DNA of 64,000 nucleotides from Acidimicrobiales bacterium. Lineage in GTDB: Bacteria; Actinomycetota; Acidimicrobiia; Acidimicrobiales; Bog-793. Positions 23,044 through 32,054 of this stretch are shown one piece after another. The stretch covers positions 46,741 to 110,740 of the forward strand of contig JBEKLQ010000002.1 of assembly GCA_050010115.1 (NCBI GenBank). The letters are read 5' to 3'. The position numbers were made by a program, and so were the translations under genes. Every line of letters starts with the position of its first letter. The first letter of the stretch is position 1. The notes under the pieces were generated by a model. That model saw nothing but the letters and a program-made list of their open reading frames with translations. It was not told the DNA's origin and ran no database searches.

Positions 23044-24234
23044 ATGGCGATCGTTGACATCGAGCCGGGGCTGCAGGACATCGAAGAGGAGGTCAGGGAC
23101 ACCGCCCATCGCTTCGCTGAGGAGGTGATGCGCCCGGCAGGAGCGACGCTCGACAGGCTGGCCGACCCCGCCGACGTGATCGCGTCCGGGTCAGTGCTCT
23201 GGTCGGTCTTCGAGAAGTACCGTGGCCTTGGGCTGCAGGCGATCGAGGAGGACCCGACTGTCGAGCCCGCCACGCGTGCTCGCATCCAGGCCATCGTCGC
23301 AGAGGAGCTTGGATGGGGAGACTCGGGCCTTGCGGTCAGCTTGGGTGTCGCCGCGTTCCCGAGGTTGCTCGCGACGATGTCGGGCAATCAGTCACTGGTG
23401 GACCGCTTCGACGACGCCATCGGCTGCTGGGCAGTCACCGAGCCTGACCACGGCAGCGACGTCCTCGCCTTCACCGAGCGCCCCTTCCGCGATCCGTCCC
23501 TGAAGCCGAACTGCGTCGCGCGCGTGACTGGCGACGAGCTCGAGATCAGAGGACAGAAGTCGGCCTGGGTGTCGAACGGCTCCGTCGCCACGGCGGCGGC
23601 ACTGTTCTGCACCCTCGACGCAGGCCAAGGCTTCGCCGGTGGGTGCGTGGTACTCGTCCCGCTCGACCTACCCGGTGTGAGCAGGGGCCAACCGCTCGAC
23701 AAGCTGGGACAGCGGGCGCTCAACCAAGGCGAGATCTTCTTCGACGGAGTACGAGTCCCTCTCGACCATCTCGTGGTCCCGCCCGAGCTCTACCCCATGA
23801 CGGTGGAGCTCGTGCTCAGTGTCGCCAACGCCGGCATGGGAACGATCTTCGTCGGCGTCGCCCGTGCGGCCCTCGAGCACGCCACCGCCTACGCCCATTC
23901 CAGGGTTCAGGGAGGCGTCCCCATCTTCGAGCACCAGAGCGTGAGGTCGCGTCTGTTCAAGATGTTCATGAAGGTCGAGGCGGCAAGAGCGCTCGCGCGG
24001 CGGGTGGCCGTCTTCAACGCCTTGAACCCGCCGCTCATCCAGTACTCAATAGCGTCGAAGGTGTTCTCGACGACGACGGCGTTCGAGGTCGCGAGCGAAG
24101 CGGTCCAGATCTTCGGTGGCAACGGGCTCAGCCGCACGTACCCCGTCGAGAAGCTCCTTCGCGACGCGAGAGCGTCGATGATCGAGGACGGCTGCAACGA
24201 GGTCCTCGGCCTCGTCGGCGCGTCCCGCCTGTGA
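23044..24234 (+). CDS. Acyl-CoA dehydrogenase family protein
   Basis: 396 aa. …WAVTEPDHGSD…, …IFGGNGLSRTYPVEKLLRDARASMIEDG… is the typical ACAD layout. Confidence 0.85.
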   Translation: MAIVDIEPGLQDIEEEVRDTAHRFAEEVMRPAGATLDRLADPADVIASGSVLWSVFEKYRGLGLQAIEEDPTVEPATRARIQAIVAEELGWGDSGLAVSLGVAAFPRLLATMSGNQSLVDRFDDAIGCWAVTEPDHGSDVLAFTERPFRDPSLKPNCVARVTGDELEIRGQKSAWVSNGSVATAAALFCTLDAGQGFAGGCVVLVPLDLPGVSRGQPLDKLGQRALNQGEIFFDGVRVPLDHLVVPPELYPMTVELVLSVANAGMGTIFVGVARAALEHATAYAHSRVQGGVPIFEHQSVRSRLFKMFMKVEAARALARRVAVFNALNPPLIQYSIASKVFSTTTAFEVASEAVQIFGGNGLSRTYPVEKLLRDARASMIEDGCNEVLGLVGASRL

Positions 24235-24246
24235 GTAGGTGAGACG

Positions 24247-25035
24247 ATGCAGCTGCGAGAGGTGATCGGCAGGCGCCGATCGATCCGCTTCCACATGCCC
24301 CACAAGCCGGTGGAGCTCGAGAAGGTCCAGCGCATGCTCGAGGCGGCCCGGCTTGCTTCGCACTGGGGCAACGTCCAGAGCCTACGGGCTGTCGTCGTCG
24401 TCCGCGACGAGGTCAGCCCCGATGTCGCGGAAGCGCTGTGGGCGCCGGTCGCAGGGTTCCAGATCAAGCTCGCTCCAGTCGTGATCGTCTGGTACCTCGA
24501 CACCGCCGCCGTCGACGAACAGGCCAACCGGCTGCGCGAGCTCCTGGACGCCGGGGCGCTCGGCTTCGGCCCGGACAAGAAGGAGGCGCTCGAGGACAAG
24601 CTGATCCCGTTTTTCGAGCAGATCCGCGAGGTGCTGAAGCAGCCCGGGCTCGGTGAGGTGGACTGCGGCCAGGGCATCGCACAGGCGACCTTGATGGCGT
24701 TCGAGCAGGGGCTCGGGACGTGCTGCCTGGCGACCCCGAAGGCACAGGAGCTGCGCGAGAGCCTCGGACTTCCCGAGACGGCACGGGTCCTTCTCCTCCA
24801 GACCGTCGGCTACCCGGCGGAGTCCCCGGAGGCAGGTGGGCAGCGACCACGACAGCCCTTCGAGAAGCTCTTCCACCTGAACCGGTACGGAGAGCCCTTC
24901 CCACGGTCAGCCGAGGTCGTGGAGGAGCTCAGGCGGGACGGGATGTTCACTGCTCCTGCACCGCTTCCCTACCGCGAGGCGGAGCTCGAGTACCTAAAGC
25001 ACGCCCTTGGCCTGAAGGGCCACGGGCTCTTCTGA
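24247..25035 (+). CDS. Nitroreductase-family protein
   Basis: MQLREVIGRRRSIRFH… (RRS.R motif) and …GQGIAQATLMAFEQGLGTCCL…. Confidence 0.7.
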   Translation: MQLREVIGRRRSIRFHMPHKPVELEKVQRMLEAARLASHWGNVQSLRAVVVVRDEVSPDVAEALWAPVAGFQIKLAPVVIVWYLDTAAVDEQANRLRELLDAGALGFGPDKKEALEDKLIPFFEQIREVLKQPGLGEVDCGQGIAQATLMAFEQGLGTCCLATPKAQELRESLGLPETARVLLLQTVGYPAESPEAGGQRPRQPFEKLFHLNRYGEPFPRSAEVVEELRRDGMFTAPAPLPYREAELEYLKHALGLKGHGLF

Positions 25036-25046
25036 GAGGAGCGCGC

Positions 25047-26279
25047 ATGCGACAAGAAGCCGTCGTCGCCGGCGTCGGCATGACGACGTTCGGCAAGCAC
25101 CTCGAGCGTGGGCTCAAGTCGCTCGGCGTCGAAGCGGTCCAGTCGGCATTCGCCGACGCCGGCCTCGACCCTGCTAGCTGTCAGGCCGCCTACGTCGGGA
25201 ACGCCGCAGCGGGACTGATTACCGGGCAGGAGTGCATCCGGGGCCAGGTCGTGCTCCGCGCCATGGGCCTCGGCCGCCTCCCCGTCGTCAACGTCGAGAA
25301 CGCCTGTGCGAGCGCGTCGACCGCGCTCCATCAGGCAGCGGCGATGGTGACCGGCGGGCTTTACGACGTCGTGCTCGCCCTCGGTGTCGAGAAGATGTAC
25401 GACCTCGACAAGCGCAAGTCGTACGCCGCCTTCGCCGGGGCGGTCGACGTGGAGGCGCTCCAGGAGATCCTGAAGGTCTTGAAGGAGAGGGCGACCGGCG
25501 CCGGTGCCGGCGCCGCTTCCGAAGGCGCCGGCACACAAAGGTCGATGTTCATGGACATCTACGCGGCAGTCGCGCGCTCCCACATGGAGCGGTACGGCAC
25601 GACGGTGGAGCAGTTCGCAGCGGTCTCGGCGAAGAACTCGCGCCACGGAAGCCTCAATCCACGGGCGCAGTTCCGGGAGATGCTCTCGGTGGAGGATGTC
25701 CTCAACGCTCCGATGGTCGCCGAGCCCCTCACGAGACCGATGTGCTCGCCGATCGGCGATGGCGCCGCGGCGGTGATCCTCGTGAGCAAGCAGAAGGCCC
25801 GCCAGCTCGGCATCACGAAGCCAGTGCGCATCGCCGCCTCCGTGCTCCGCTCGGGGTGGGACCACGGTGCCGACGAACCCGGGCTCGCAGACGTCTGCGC
25901 GAGCGAGGCCTACGAGGATGCGGCCATCGGCCCGGGTGACCTCGACGTCGTCGAGTGCCACGACGCCTCAGCGCCCGCCGAGGTCGTCGCGTACGAGGCG
26001 CTCGGACTCTGCGCCGTGGGCGACGGCGGGAAGCTCGCCGAGTCCGGCGACACCGCGCTCGGCGGCCGCATCCCTGTGAACACATCCGGGGGCCTGCTCC
26101 GCAAGGGGCACCCGATCGGCGCGACGGGCATCGCCCAGATCGTGGAGCTCACGGAGCAGTTGCAGGAACGCTCAGGACCGCGCCAGGTCGAGGGTGCCCG
26201 CGTGGCGCTCGCACACAACGGCGGCGGCGCTCTCGGCAACGACGCGGCCGCCATGTGCGTCACGATCCTCACCATCTAG
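25047..26279 (+). CDS. Thiolase-like protein, SCP-x / lipid-transfer (Ltp) type
   Basis: ATG at 25047 after GAGAGGAG. NVENACASASTAL (active-site Cys), ECHDASAPAE, NTSGGLLRKGHPIGATG. Confidence 0.85.
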   Translation: MRQEAVVAGVGMTTFGKHLERGLKSLGVEAVQSAFADAGLDPASCQAAYVGNAAAGLITGQECIRGQVVLRAMGLGRLPVVNVENACASASTALHQAAAMVTGGLYDVVLALGVEKMYDLDKRKSYAAFAGAVDVEALQEILKVLKERATGAGAGAASEGAGTQRSMFMDIYAAVARSHMERYGTTVEQFAAVSAKNSRHGSLNPRAQFREMLSVEDVLNAPMVAEPLTRPMCSPIGDGAAAVILVSKQKARQLGITKPVRIAASVLRSGWDHGADEPGLADVCASEAYEDAAIGPGDLDVVECHDASAPAEVVAYEALGLCAVGDGGKLAESGDTALGGRIPVNTSGGLLRKGHPIGATGIAQIVELTEQLQERSGPRQVEGARVALAHNGGGALGNDAAAMCVTILTI

Positions 26280-26298
26280 CCGGCTCGGGGAGGCGGCG

Positions 26299-27987
26299 AT
26301 GCGAGAGACCAATGAGGGCGTGCTCGCCGATCTCGTGCGTTCGCGCGCCGAACGTCAGGCCGACTTCGACGTCTTGACGTTCGAGCAGCTCAGCTCGACT
26401 GCCAGCGGCGGTTCGGCCGGCGCTTCCCACCCGCCGCCGGCCGGGGCCGAGGTGCGCACGTACGCCGACCTCGCTTCGAACGCCAACATGCTGGCGGCGG
26501 CGTTCATCGCCCGCGGTCTGGAGCCGGGCGACCACGTCGCTATCGCCATGCAGAACCATCCCGAATTCGTGGAGGCGATGATCGCCGCCTCGATCACTGG
26601 GGTGGTGCTGGTGCCGATCGATCCGAGGACCCGGGGCGAGAAGCTCTCCTTCCTGCTACGTGACGCGCGCTGCAAGGGAGTGCTGTGCGGCGACTACTCG
26701 GCGCAGGCCGTCGACGCCGCCCGCCGGGAGGCTCCGGAGGTGCGCTGGCTGCTCGTCCTCGAAAACGGCGGGGTGGAGGCGAGCGCCTTCAAGGACGCGA
26801 CCCCGATGGCCGAGGCGTTCGCACAAGCCGCCGACACGGTCGACGTTCGCCTTCCGGGCCCCGCGCACCCTTTGGAGATCATCTACACGTCCGGGACTAC
26901 CGGCGATCCAAAGGGCGTCGTGTGGCCGAACGACCGCTTCGCCAGCTTCGGCCTCCTCGGATATCTCGTCGGCTATACGACAGACGACCGCCCGTACACC
27001 GGTCTGTCGCTCGCGCACGGGAACGCCCAGGCGGTGACGCTCGGCCCGTCGCTCGCGATGGGCCTCCGGGCGGTCTTCAGTCGCTCGTTCACGAAATCTC
27101 GGCTGTGGGACATCTGCCGCGCTTATGGCTGCACCACGTTCTCGTTGCTCGGAGGAATGGCCACGGCCATCTACAGCGAGCCGCCGCGGCCCGACGACGC
27201 GGACAACCCCGTCCGTCTGGCCGTGAGCGCCGGGATGCAGGCGGCGATCTGGCGGGCGTTCGAGGAACGTTTCGGACTGGTCGTATTCGAGTGGTACGGG
27301 GCCGTTGAGGGAGGCCTCGCGTTCAATCCCGTCGGCGTCGGCCCGATCGGCTCGTTCGGGAAGCCGATCCCTGGACTGGAGATGAAGATCCTCGACTACG
27401 ACGACAAGGAGTGCCCGCCTTACGTGATGGGCGAGATCTGTTCACGTCCCGCCTCGGGCGACCGGGCGACCGTCGAGTACTACGGCGATCCCGAGGCGTC
27501 GCTGGAGAAGACGAGAGCCGGGTGGCTCAGGAGCGGCGACATGGGCCACCGCGACGACGAGGGCTGGCTCTACTTCGACTACCGCAGAGGAGGAGGGCTC
27601 AGGCGCAACGGCGACTTCGTGCACGCTGGATTCGTCGAGAAGGTCGTCGCCGAACAGGCCTGGGTTTCGGACGTCTGTGTGTACGGGGTCCCAGCGGCGT
27701 CGCAGGCTCCCGGCGAGTCCGACGTCGTGGCAGCCGTTCAGTTGGAGCCGGCCTCGGAGAGCTCTGGCTCCGACGGCTCCGGCCGTTCGGGCGAGACCGA
27801 ACCCGGCCGTGCGGACGCTCTGTTCGCCGCGTGCCGGCGCGAGCTGGAGCCGAACTTCGTGCCGAGCTACATCCAGTTCGTCGGCGAGATCCCGAAGACG
27901 CTCTCGGAGAAGACGATCACCCGGTACCTAATTGAGCAGTTTGATCCGGCGGCACCGAACGTCTATTCGGAGGGCCCCCGGACCTAA
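26299..27987 (+). CDS. Acyl-CoA synthetase (AMP-forming, long-chain/FATP-like)
   Basis: IIYTSGTTGDPKGVVW P-loop. …GWLRSGDMGHRDDEGWLYFDYRRG…. C-terminal …IPKTLSEK…. Confidence 0.85.
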   Translation: MRETNEGVLADLVRSRAERQADFDVLTFEQLSSTASGGSAGASHPPPAGAEVRTYADLASNANMLAAAFIARGLEPGDHVAIAMQNHPEFVEAMIAASITGVVLVPIDPRTRGEKLSFLLRDARCKGVLCGDYSAQAVDAARREAPEVRWLLVLENGGVEASAFKDATPMAEAFAQAADTVDVRLPGPAHPLEIIYTSGTTGDPKGVVWPNDRFASFGLLGYLVGYTTDDRPYTGLSLAHGNAQAVTLGPSLAMGLRAVFSRSFTKSRLWDICRAYGCTTFSLLGGMATAIYSEPPRPDDADNPVRLAVSAGMQAAIWRAFEERFGLVVFEWYGAVEGGLAFNPVGVGPIGSFGKPIPGLEMKILDYDDKECPPYVMGEICSRPASGDRATVEYYGDPEASLEKTRAGWLRSGDMGHRDDEGWLYFDYRRGGGLRRNGDFVHAGFVEKVVAEQAWVSDVCVYGVPAASQAPGESDVVAAVQLEPASESSGSDGSGRSGETEPGRADALFAACRRELEPNFVPSYIQFVGEIPKTLSEKTITRYLIEQFDPAAPNVYSEGPRT

Positions 27988-28187
27988 GGGAACAGACCCG
28001 GGAGACAAGGTCGCCGAGCGGCAGCGCACGCGGACACGTCCACAGGAAGTCACCCGTGGTCCGCTGCCTGGAGAACCCTCTGCGCGATAGGCACCAACCG
28101 TAAGGACATCAACGCCGGCGGGCTGCCCGGATCAACCTGCTCACCGATATGGCCCTTTGGCCCTAGTGGACTGCGCACATTCCGACG

Positions 28188-28829
28188 ATGATCAGCACGC
28201 GGGGAAGCGGAGGGGACTTGGAGGGGAAAGCAAAGGAGTCGTCGAGTCAGGTCTGGTATCAGGCCCACCCCGCGCGCGCCCTCATCGCGGCTTCGTGCCT
28301 TTTCGTCGTGGTCACGGGGCTACAGCTACTCGCCGACAGCAGCGGCGAGGCGATGAGCGTCCTCTACACGCTTCCGATTGCTCTGCTCGCCGTCGCGTTC
28401 GGCCGAAGGGGTGGATGGATCGGAGCCACGCTGGGCTTCGCTCTGTTCGCGGTGTTCGCGGTGTTCCACAGCACCGGCGATCTTGACGCGACCGGATGGA
28501 TGACCCGGGGGACCGCGATGTTCCTCCTCGGCGGTTTGCTCGGTCATGCCACCGACCGGACACTCGCGAGTGAACGGCGCGCGCTTTTGGACCAGCGGCG
28601 GCGCACGGAGCTCGAGGCAGCCGACCGTCGCGAGCACGAGGCGATGGAGCTGAACGACTCGATCATCCAGGGCATGGCGGCAGCCAAATGGATGGTAGAG
28701 CAGGGCCGGACCGAGGAGGCGATCGACGCACTCACGGCGACTATCGACAGGGGTCAACATTTCGTGGCGGCGCTACTGCCCCGCAGCATCGGTGATCCTG
28801 GGACGTCACCCAACGTGTCTAATGCGTAA
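28188..28829 (+). CDS. Membrane protein with a degenerate HisKA_3-like dimerisation domain (no phospho-His, no ATPase domain)
   Basis: Four predicted TM helices, then a coiled segment …REHEAMELNDSIIQGMAAAKWM…. This resembles the HisKA_3 H-box (ELHD..xQ.L) with Asn in place of His. The ORF ends about 50 aa later. Confidence 0.55.
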   Translation: MISTRGSGGDLEGKAKESSSQVWYQAHPARALIAASCLFVVVTGLQLLADSSGEAMSVLYTLPIALLAVAFGRRGGWIGATLGFALFAVFAVFHSTGDLDATGWMTRGTAMFLLGGLLGHATDRTLASERRALLDQRRRTELEAADRREHEAMELNDSIIQGMAAAKWMVEQGRTEEAIDALTATIDRGQHFVAALLPRSIGDPGTSPNVSNA

Positions 28830-28869
28830 TGCGCGTCGGACGGTCGGAACCTCGCCGGATCAGCGAGCT

Positions 28870-29200
28870 ACAGCCTCTCAGGGTCGCGTCCCCCTCACGT
28901 TGGACGATGTCATCAGGAAAGGCTGAGCACAGCCTCGCCGCACTGACGAACTGACGACGTCCACGCTCAACCGGGCGCAGGCCGATCGCATCGGAAGCGG
29001 TGTTCCCCTGCCCGGCTCCCGCCACGCCAGACCCAGCAGGGCAGCGAGGGCCTCGGTCGCGTAGCCGCGTCCTTGCCTCGAGGGCACGATGCCGTAGCCA
29101 ACCTCGATCTCCCCGCCTTCGGGGGGGGTTCAGGAATCCGATCCCTCCGACCACCTCACCGGCCGCCAGTTCACCAGAGGCGGCAGCGCCCCGGTAGCGG
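28870..29200 (-). pseudogene. GNAT (RimJ/RimL-like) acetyltransferase remnant with frame disruptions
   Basis: GNAT core is split across two frames. …GELAAGEVVGGIGFLNPP is in one frame. EIEVGYGIVPSRQGRGYATEALAALLGLAW is in another. …NTASDAIGL… returns to the first frame. The first shift coincides with a G8 run (29121-29128). The N-terminal part is absent. Confidence 0.45.
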
Positions 29201-29240
29201 CCCCCTTGGAGCCGCGCCGGGGCGCACCGCCAGTGAGACC

Positions 29241-29801
29241 TCAGCTGTTGAGGACTGCCTCGACCTCGAATTTCAGACCGATCTTGTCCGATACCACCAC
29301 GCCGCCGGTCTCGAGCACGGCGTTGAAGTCCACGCCGAAGTCGCTGCGCTTGATCTCACCCGTCGCCGTGAACCCGGCACGCACGCCACCGTAGGGGTCG
29401 GGCCCGAAGCCACCGATCTCGAGGGTCAACGGCACCGACTTGGTCACACCCTTCAGGGTGAAATTGCCGTCGAGCACGAACTCGCCACCCTCGTAGCGAA
29501 GCCCCGTCGACTCGTAGGTCATGGTGGGGTACTTCTCGACCTCGAGGAAGTCAGCCGACCGGATGTGCGCGTCCCGGTCGGAGTTGCCGGTGTCGATCGA
29601 TGCCAACTCGATGGTCGCCTTGACGCTGGAGCCGAGCACGTCTTCGCCGGTCACGATCTCACCGCTGAACTTCGTGAACCTGCCCCGCACCTTGCTCACC
29701 ATCATGTGCCGCGCCGAGAAACCCACCTCGGTGTGCACCGGATCGATACTCCACGTGCCCGCAACGTACCCGGGGATCGTGCTGGAAAGGGTCTGCGTCA
29801 T
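29241..29801 (-). CDS. YceI-family polyisoprenoid-binding protein
   Basis: Internal ATG at 29801. …WSIDPVHTEVGFSARHMMVSKVRGRF…SIDTGNSDRDAHIRSADFL…KYP… is the classic YceI pattern. Confidence 0.85.
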   Translation of the reverse strand: MTQTLSSTIPGYVAGTWSIDPVHTEVGFSARHMMVSKVRGRFTKFSGEIVTGEDVLGSSVKATIELASIDTGNSDRDAHIRSADFLEVEKYPTMTYESTGLRYEGGEFVLDGNFTLKGVTKSVPLTLEIGGFGPDPYGGVRAGFTATGEIKRSDFGVDFNAVLETGGVVVSDKIGLKFEVEAVLNS

Positions 29802-29965
29802 GATCTCGTCTTCCTTTTGGCGTCCCGACCGGAGGCGTGTCCTCCGATATCTGTCGGTTGATGCATCAACCTTAGCGGGAAACCACGGTGACGTGTCAAC
29901 TATTCCCAGAGGGAGGCTCGGCTCAGTCAGTGCGGCTGGTCCGCATGAGCGGCTGCGAAGCGGCG

Positions 29966-30847
29966 CTACTTCGTTCGGATGACGACGCTGCCGACGACCT
30001 TGTCGTGCAGCGTCTGTTTCCGAGGGTCCCAGAGCGGGAACAGCATGTCCACGATCCACGGAATGAAGATCACCACCACCATCAGGTACTCGAAGGCCGC
30101 CCTGCCGAGGGCTTTGGCATAGCCAACGCTGTCGCCGGTCGCGCCGGACACACACCGGAGTCCCAGAGCCTTCATTCCGATCGTCTGGCCCGCTTTCGAG
30201 CCGCAGAACAACGTGCCGTAGGCGAGCGCCAGGACGATGTTGAGGATCGTGCCGCCGGCTGTGACGTGAGGCGAGCTCTGATACCGCCCGTTCACCAGGG
30301 CGTTCTGGGTCCTGTAGAGGTGAAGCGGGATCGCGATGACCACGTCGACGACGACGACGAGCAAGAAATCGATCAACCAGGCGCCGACGCGACTACCCCA
30401 ACTTGCGAAAGCCGGTCCTCCCGCGCCGCTATAGCCGACGTTCCCGTACGGACCCGTCTGACCGTAGCTCGGAGGAGGGGCATAGCCCGGAGGCCCGTAG
30501 CCGGGCGGCCCGTAACCCGGGGGCGGATAAGTGGGTTGGCCGGCTCCGGGTGGCTGGGGCGGCTGTCCGTAACTGCCTTGGCCGTAGCCAGGCTGCGCCG
30601 GTTGGCCGTAGCCAGGCTGCGCCGGTTGGCCGTAGCCAGGCTGCGCCGGTTGGCCGTAGCCAGGCTGCGCCGGTTGGCCGTAGCCAGGCTGCGCCGGTTG
30701 GCCGTAGCCGCCTTGGTCGTAGCCAGGCTCGCCACTTGAGGGAGGGTTTGGTGGCACGTTCCAAGGCGGAGCAGGCTTATCGCCCTCCTTGTCGGAGGGC
30801 TCGCCCGAGTTCGGCGAATCCCAGCTTCCTGTCGGAGTGTCGGCCAT
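29966..30847 (-). CDS. RDD-family membrane protein with an N-terminal P/G/Y/Q-rich repeat region
   Basis: C-terminal RDD domain (…[14 protein letters not shown]…[12 protein letters not shown]…[11 protein letters not shown]). N-terminus has (GYGQPAQP)x5. ATG at 30847. Confidence 0.8.
   Translation of the reverse strand: MADTPTGSWDSPNSGEPSDKEGDKPAPPWNVPPNPPSSGEPGYDQGGYGQPAQPGYGQPAQPGYGQPAQPGYGQPAQPGYGQPAQPGYGQGSYGQPPQPPGAGQPTYPPPGYGPPGYGPPGYAPPPSYGQTGPYGNVGYSGAGGPAFASWGSRVGAWLIDFLLVVVVDVVIAIPLHLYRTQNALVNGRYQSSPHVTAGGTILNIVLALAYGTLFCGSKAGQTIGMKALGLRCVSGATGDSVGYAKALGRAAFEYLMVVVIFIPWIVDMLFPLWDPRKQTLHDKVVGSVVIRTK
30581..30709. repeat. Perfect 24-bp tandem repeat x5 (gccgtagccaggctgcgccggttg) plus a partial sixth unit
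   Basis: Units at 30581, 30605, 30629, 30653 and 30677 are identical. They encode GYGQPAQP repeats on the minus strand. Confidence 0.95.
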
Positions 30848-30927
30848 GCTCGCTCCTCGCCGAATCATCGTGACGGTGACAACACTACGTGACTGAGGGC
30901 GCGAACAGGCGGACGAGCCGGCCCAGG

Positions 30928-31341
30928 TCAGCGCTGTGAGGTCTCCTCTTGGGAGTAGACGGGAACGCAGTCTGAGCCGCAGCCGTCGCCCGCGGCGCCC
31001 GGCTCTCCCGCTGCCGGCCGATGCAACACCGCATTGGTGGGCCGGAGCACGACGCGGTTGTCGCCACTACCAGAGCCCGTGGCGTCGACAACGTCGGCGT
31101 CGACGATCAAGCTGTAACCACCTAGAGCCGCCGGCGGCCACAGGAGCGCCACGAGTGGTCGCGCCGCGGCGTTGGCGAGCGTCGAGTTACCTGGCGCAGC
31201 GACGAGCAACTCACGCTCCCACCCGAGAGCGACGGCCACGCTGTGGGGACGGCCGTCGGCTCCGACCGTCAAAAGGTACCCCTCCGTCCCTTGGGCCTTG
31301 ATGGCCTCGTCAAGCTCGGACAGTTCGACTGGAACGGTCAT
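30928..31341 (-). CDS. Small hypothetical protein, possibly of the pyridoxamine-5'-phosphate-oxidase-like (split-barrel) fold
   Basis: ATG at 31341. …[19 protein letters not shown]…[24 protein letters not shown]… gives only a weak family resemblance. Confidence 0.4.
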   Translation of the reverse strand: MTVPVELSELDEAIKAQGTEGYLLTVGADGRPHSVAVALGWERELLVAAPGNSTLANAAARPLVALLWPPAALGGYSLIVDADVVDATGSGSGDNRVVLRPTNAVLHRPAAGEPGAAGDGCGSDCVPVYSQEETSQR

Positions 31342-31431
31342 GACGCCAAGCCTACGGCGACGAGATGGACCTGCGTCGGTGGATCGTGAACGTGGCACAC
31401 GCCGCAAGTCGGGCAGTTCACAGGTGAGCCC

Positions 31432-32034
31432 TCACCAGCTGCCGCGATGGACGAGCTCCTCCGACGGCCGCTTTCTCGAACGCAAGTCGCGTAGCGGCGC
31501 TGCGGGATCCTCGTGACCGATCGCCACGCAGCCAACCGGGTCGTAACTGTCGGGCACACCGAATGCCGCCCGGAAGGCCGGGATGTCGTCAGGGATCAGC
31601 CCGAACAGCAGCGCACCGAGGCCGAGATCGACGCTCGCCAACAGCATCAGCAGAGCAAGGAACCCGGCATCCACGTACCAGTACGGCACGGGCCACCGAG
31701 ACTCGTCACGATCGGTCCAGCCCTTGTCGGGTTGGGCATAGCGATTGAGATAGACGTCCTTCGACGCAAGGACTGCCACCACAACCGGAGCCCGCATGAT
31801 CGCCGCCCGCAGCGCGGGATCCCAGGCACCCTGCTCGGTGGGCGGCTGGGTCGCCCAGAACTTGGTCCGGTCCTCGGGCCTGCTGAGGACGAGCAACGCG
31901 TAGCCCTGGCTGTACCCGGCCGACGGGGCGCGCAACGCAGCCGCCAGTATGGCCTCGAGGATCTCATCGGCGACCGGTTCGTCCGTGAAATGACGGACCA
32001 TCCGGCGGTGCCGCAGCACGTCTTGGAATTCCAC
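31432..32034 (-). CDS. Nitroreductase-family protein
   Basis: GTG at 32034 (VEFQDVLRHRRMVRHF…). …LRAPSAGYSQGYALLVL…, …DAGFLALLMLLASVDLGLGALLFG…. The upstream part of the track ORF is Arg-rich shadow. Confidence 0.7.
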   Translation of the reverse strand: MEFQDVLRHRRMVRHFTDEPVADEILEAILAAALRAPSAGYSQGYALLVLSRPEDRTKFWATQPPTEQGAWDPALRAAIMRAPVVVAVLASKDVYLNRYAQPDKGWTDRDESRWPVPYWYVDAGFLALLMLLASVDLGLGALLFGLIPDDIPAFRAAFGVPDSYDPVGCVAIGHEDPAAPLRDLRSRKRPSEELVHRGSW

Positions 32035-32054
32035 CGTCTGGCCGGCCGGTTCGA

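Noticed and set aside
1-28000. A tRNA-Leu-adjacent genomic island or integrative element covering the catabolic region.
   Set aside because: No integrase, transposase or direct repeat of the tRNA 3' end is visible near 159-240 or at the far side. I cannot compute compositional skew reliably by eye. The idea remains possible but is unsupported.
30581-30709. The tandem repeats (30581-30709, 56713-56856, 14415-14468) as CRISPR arrays.
   Set aside because: The units are directly adjacent with no spacers. They lie inside ORFs, in frame, and encode peptide repeats. There are no cas genes.
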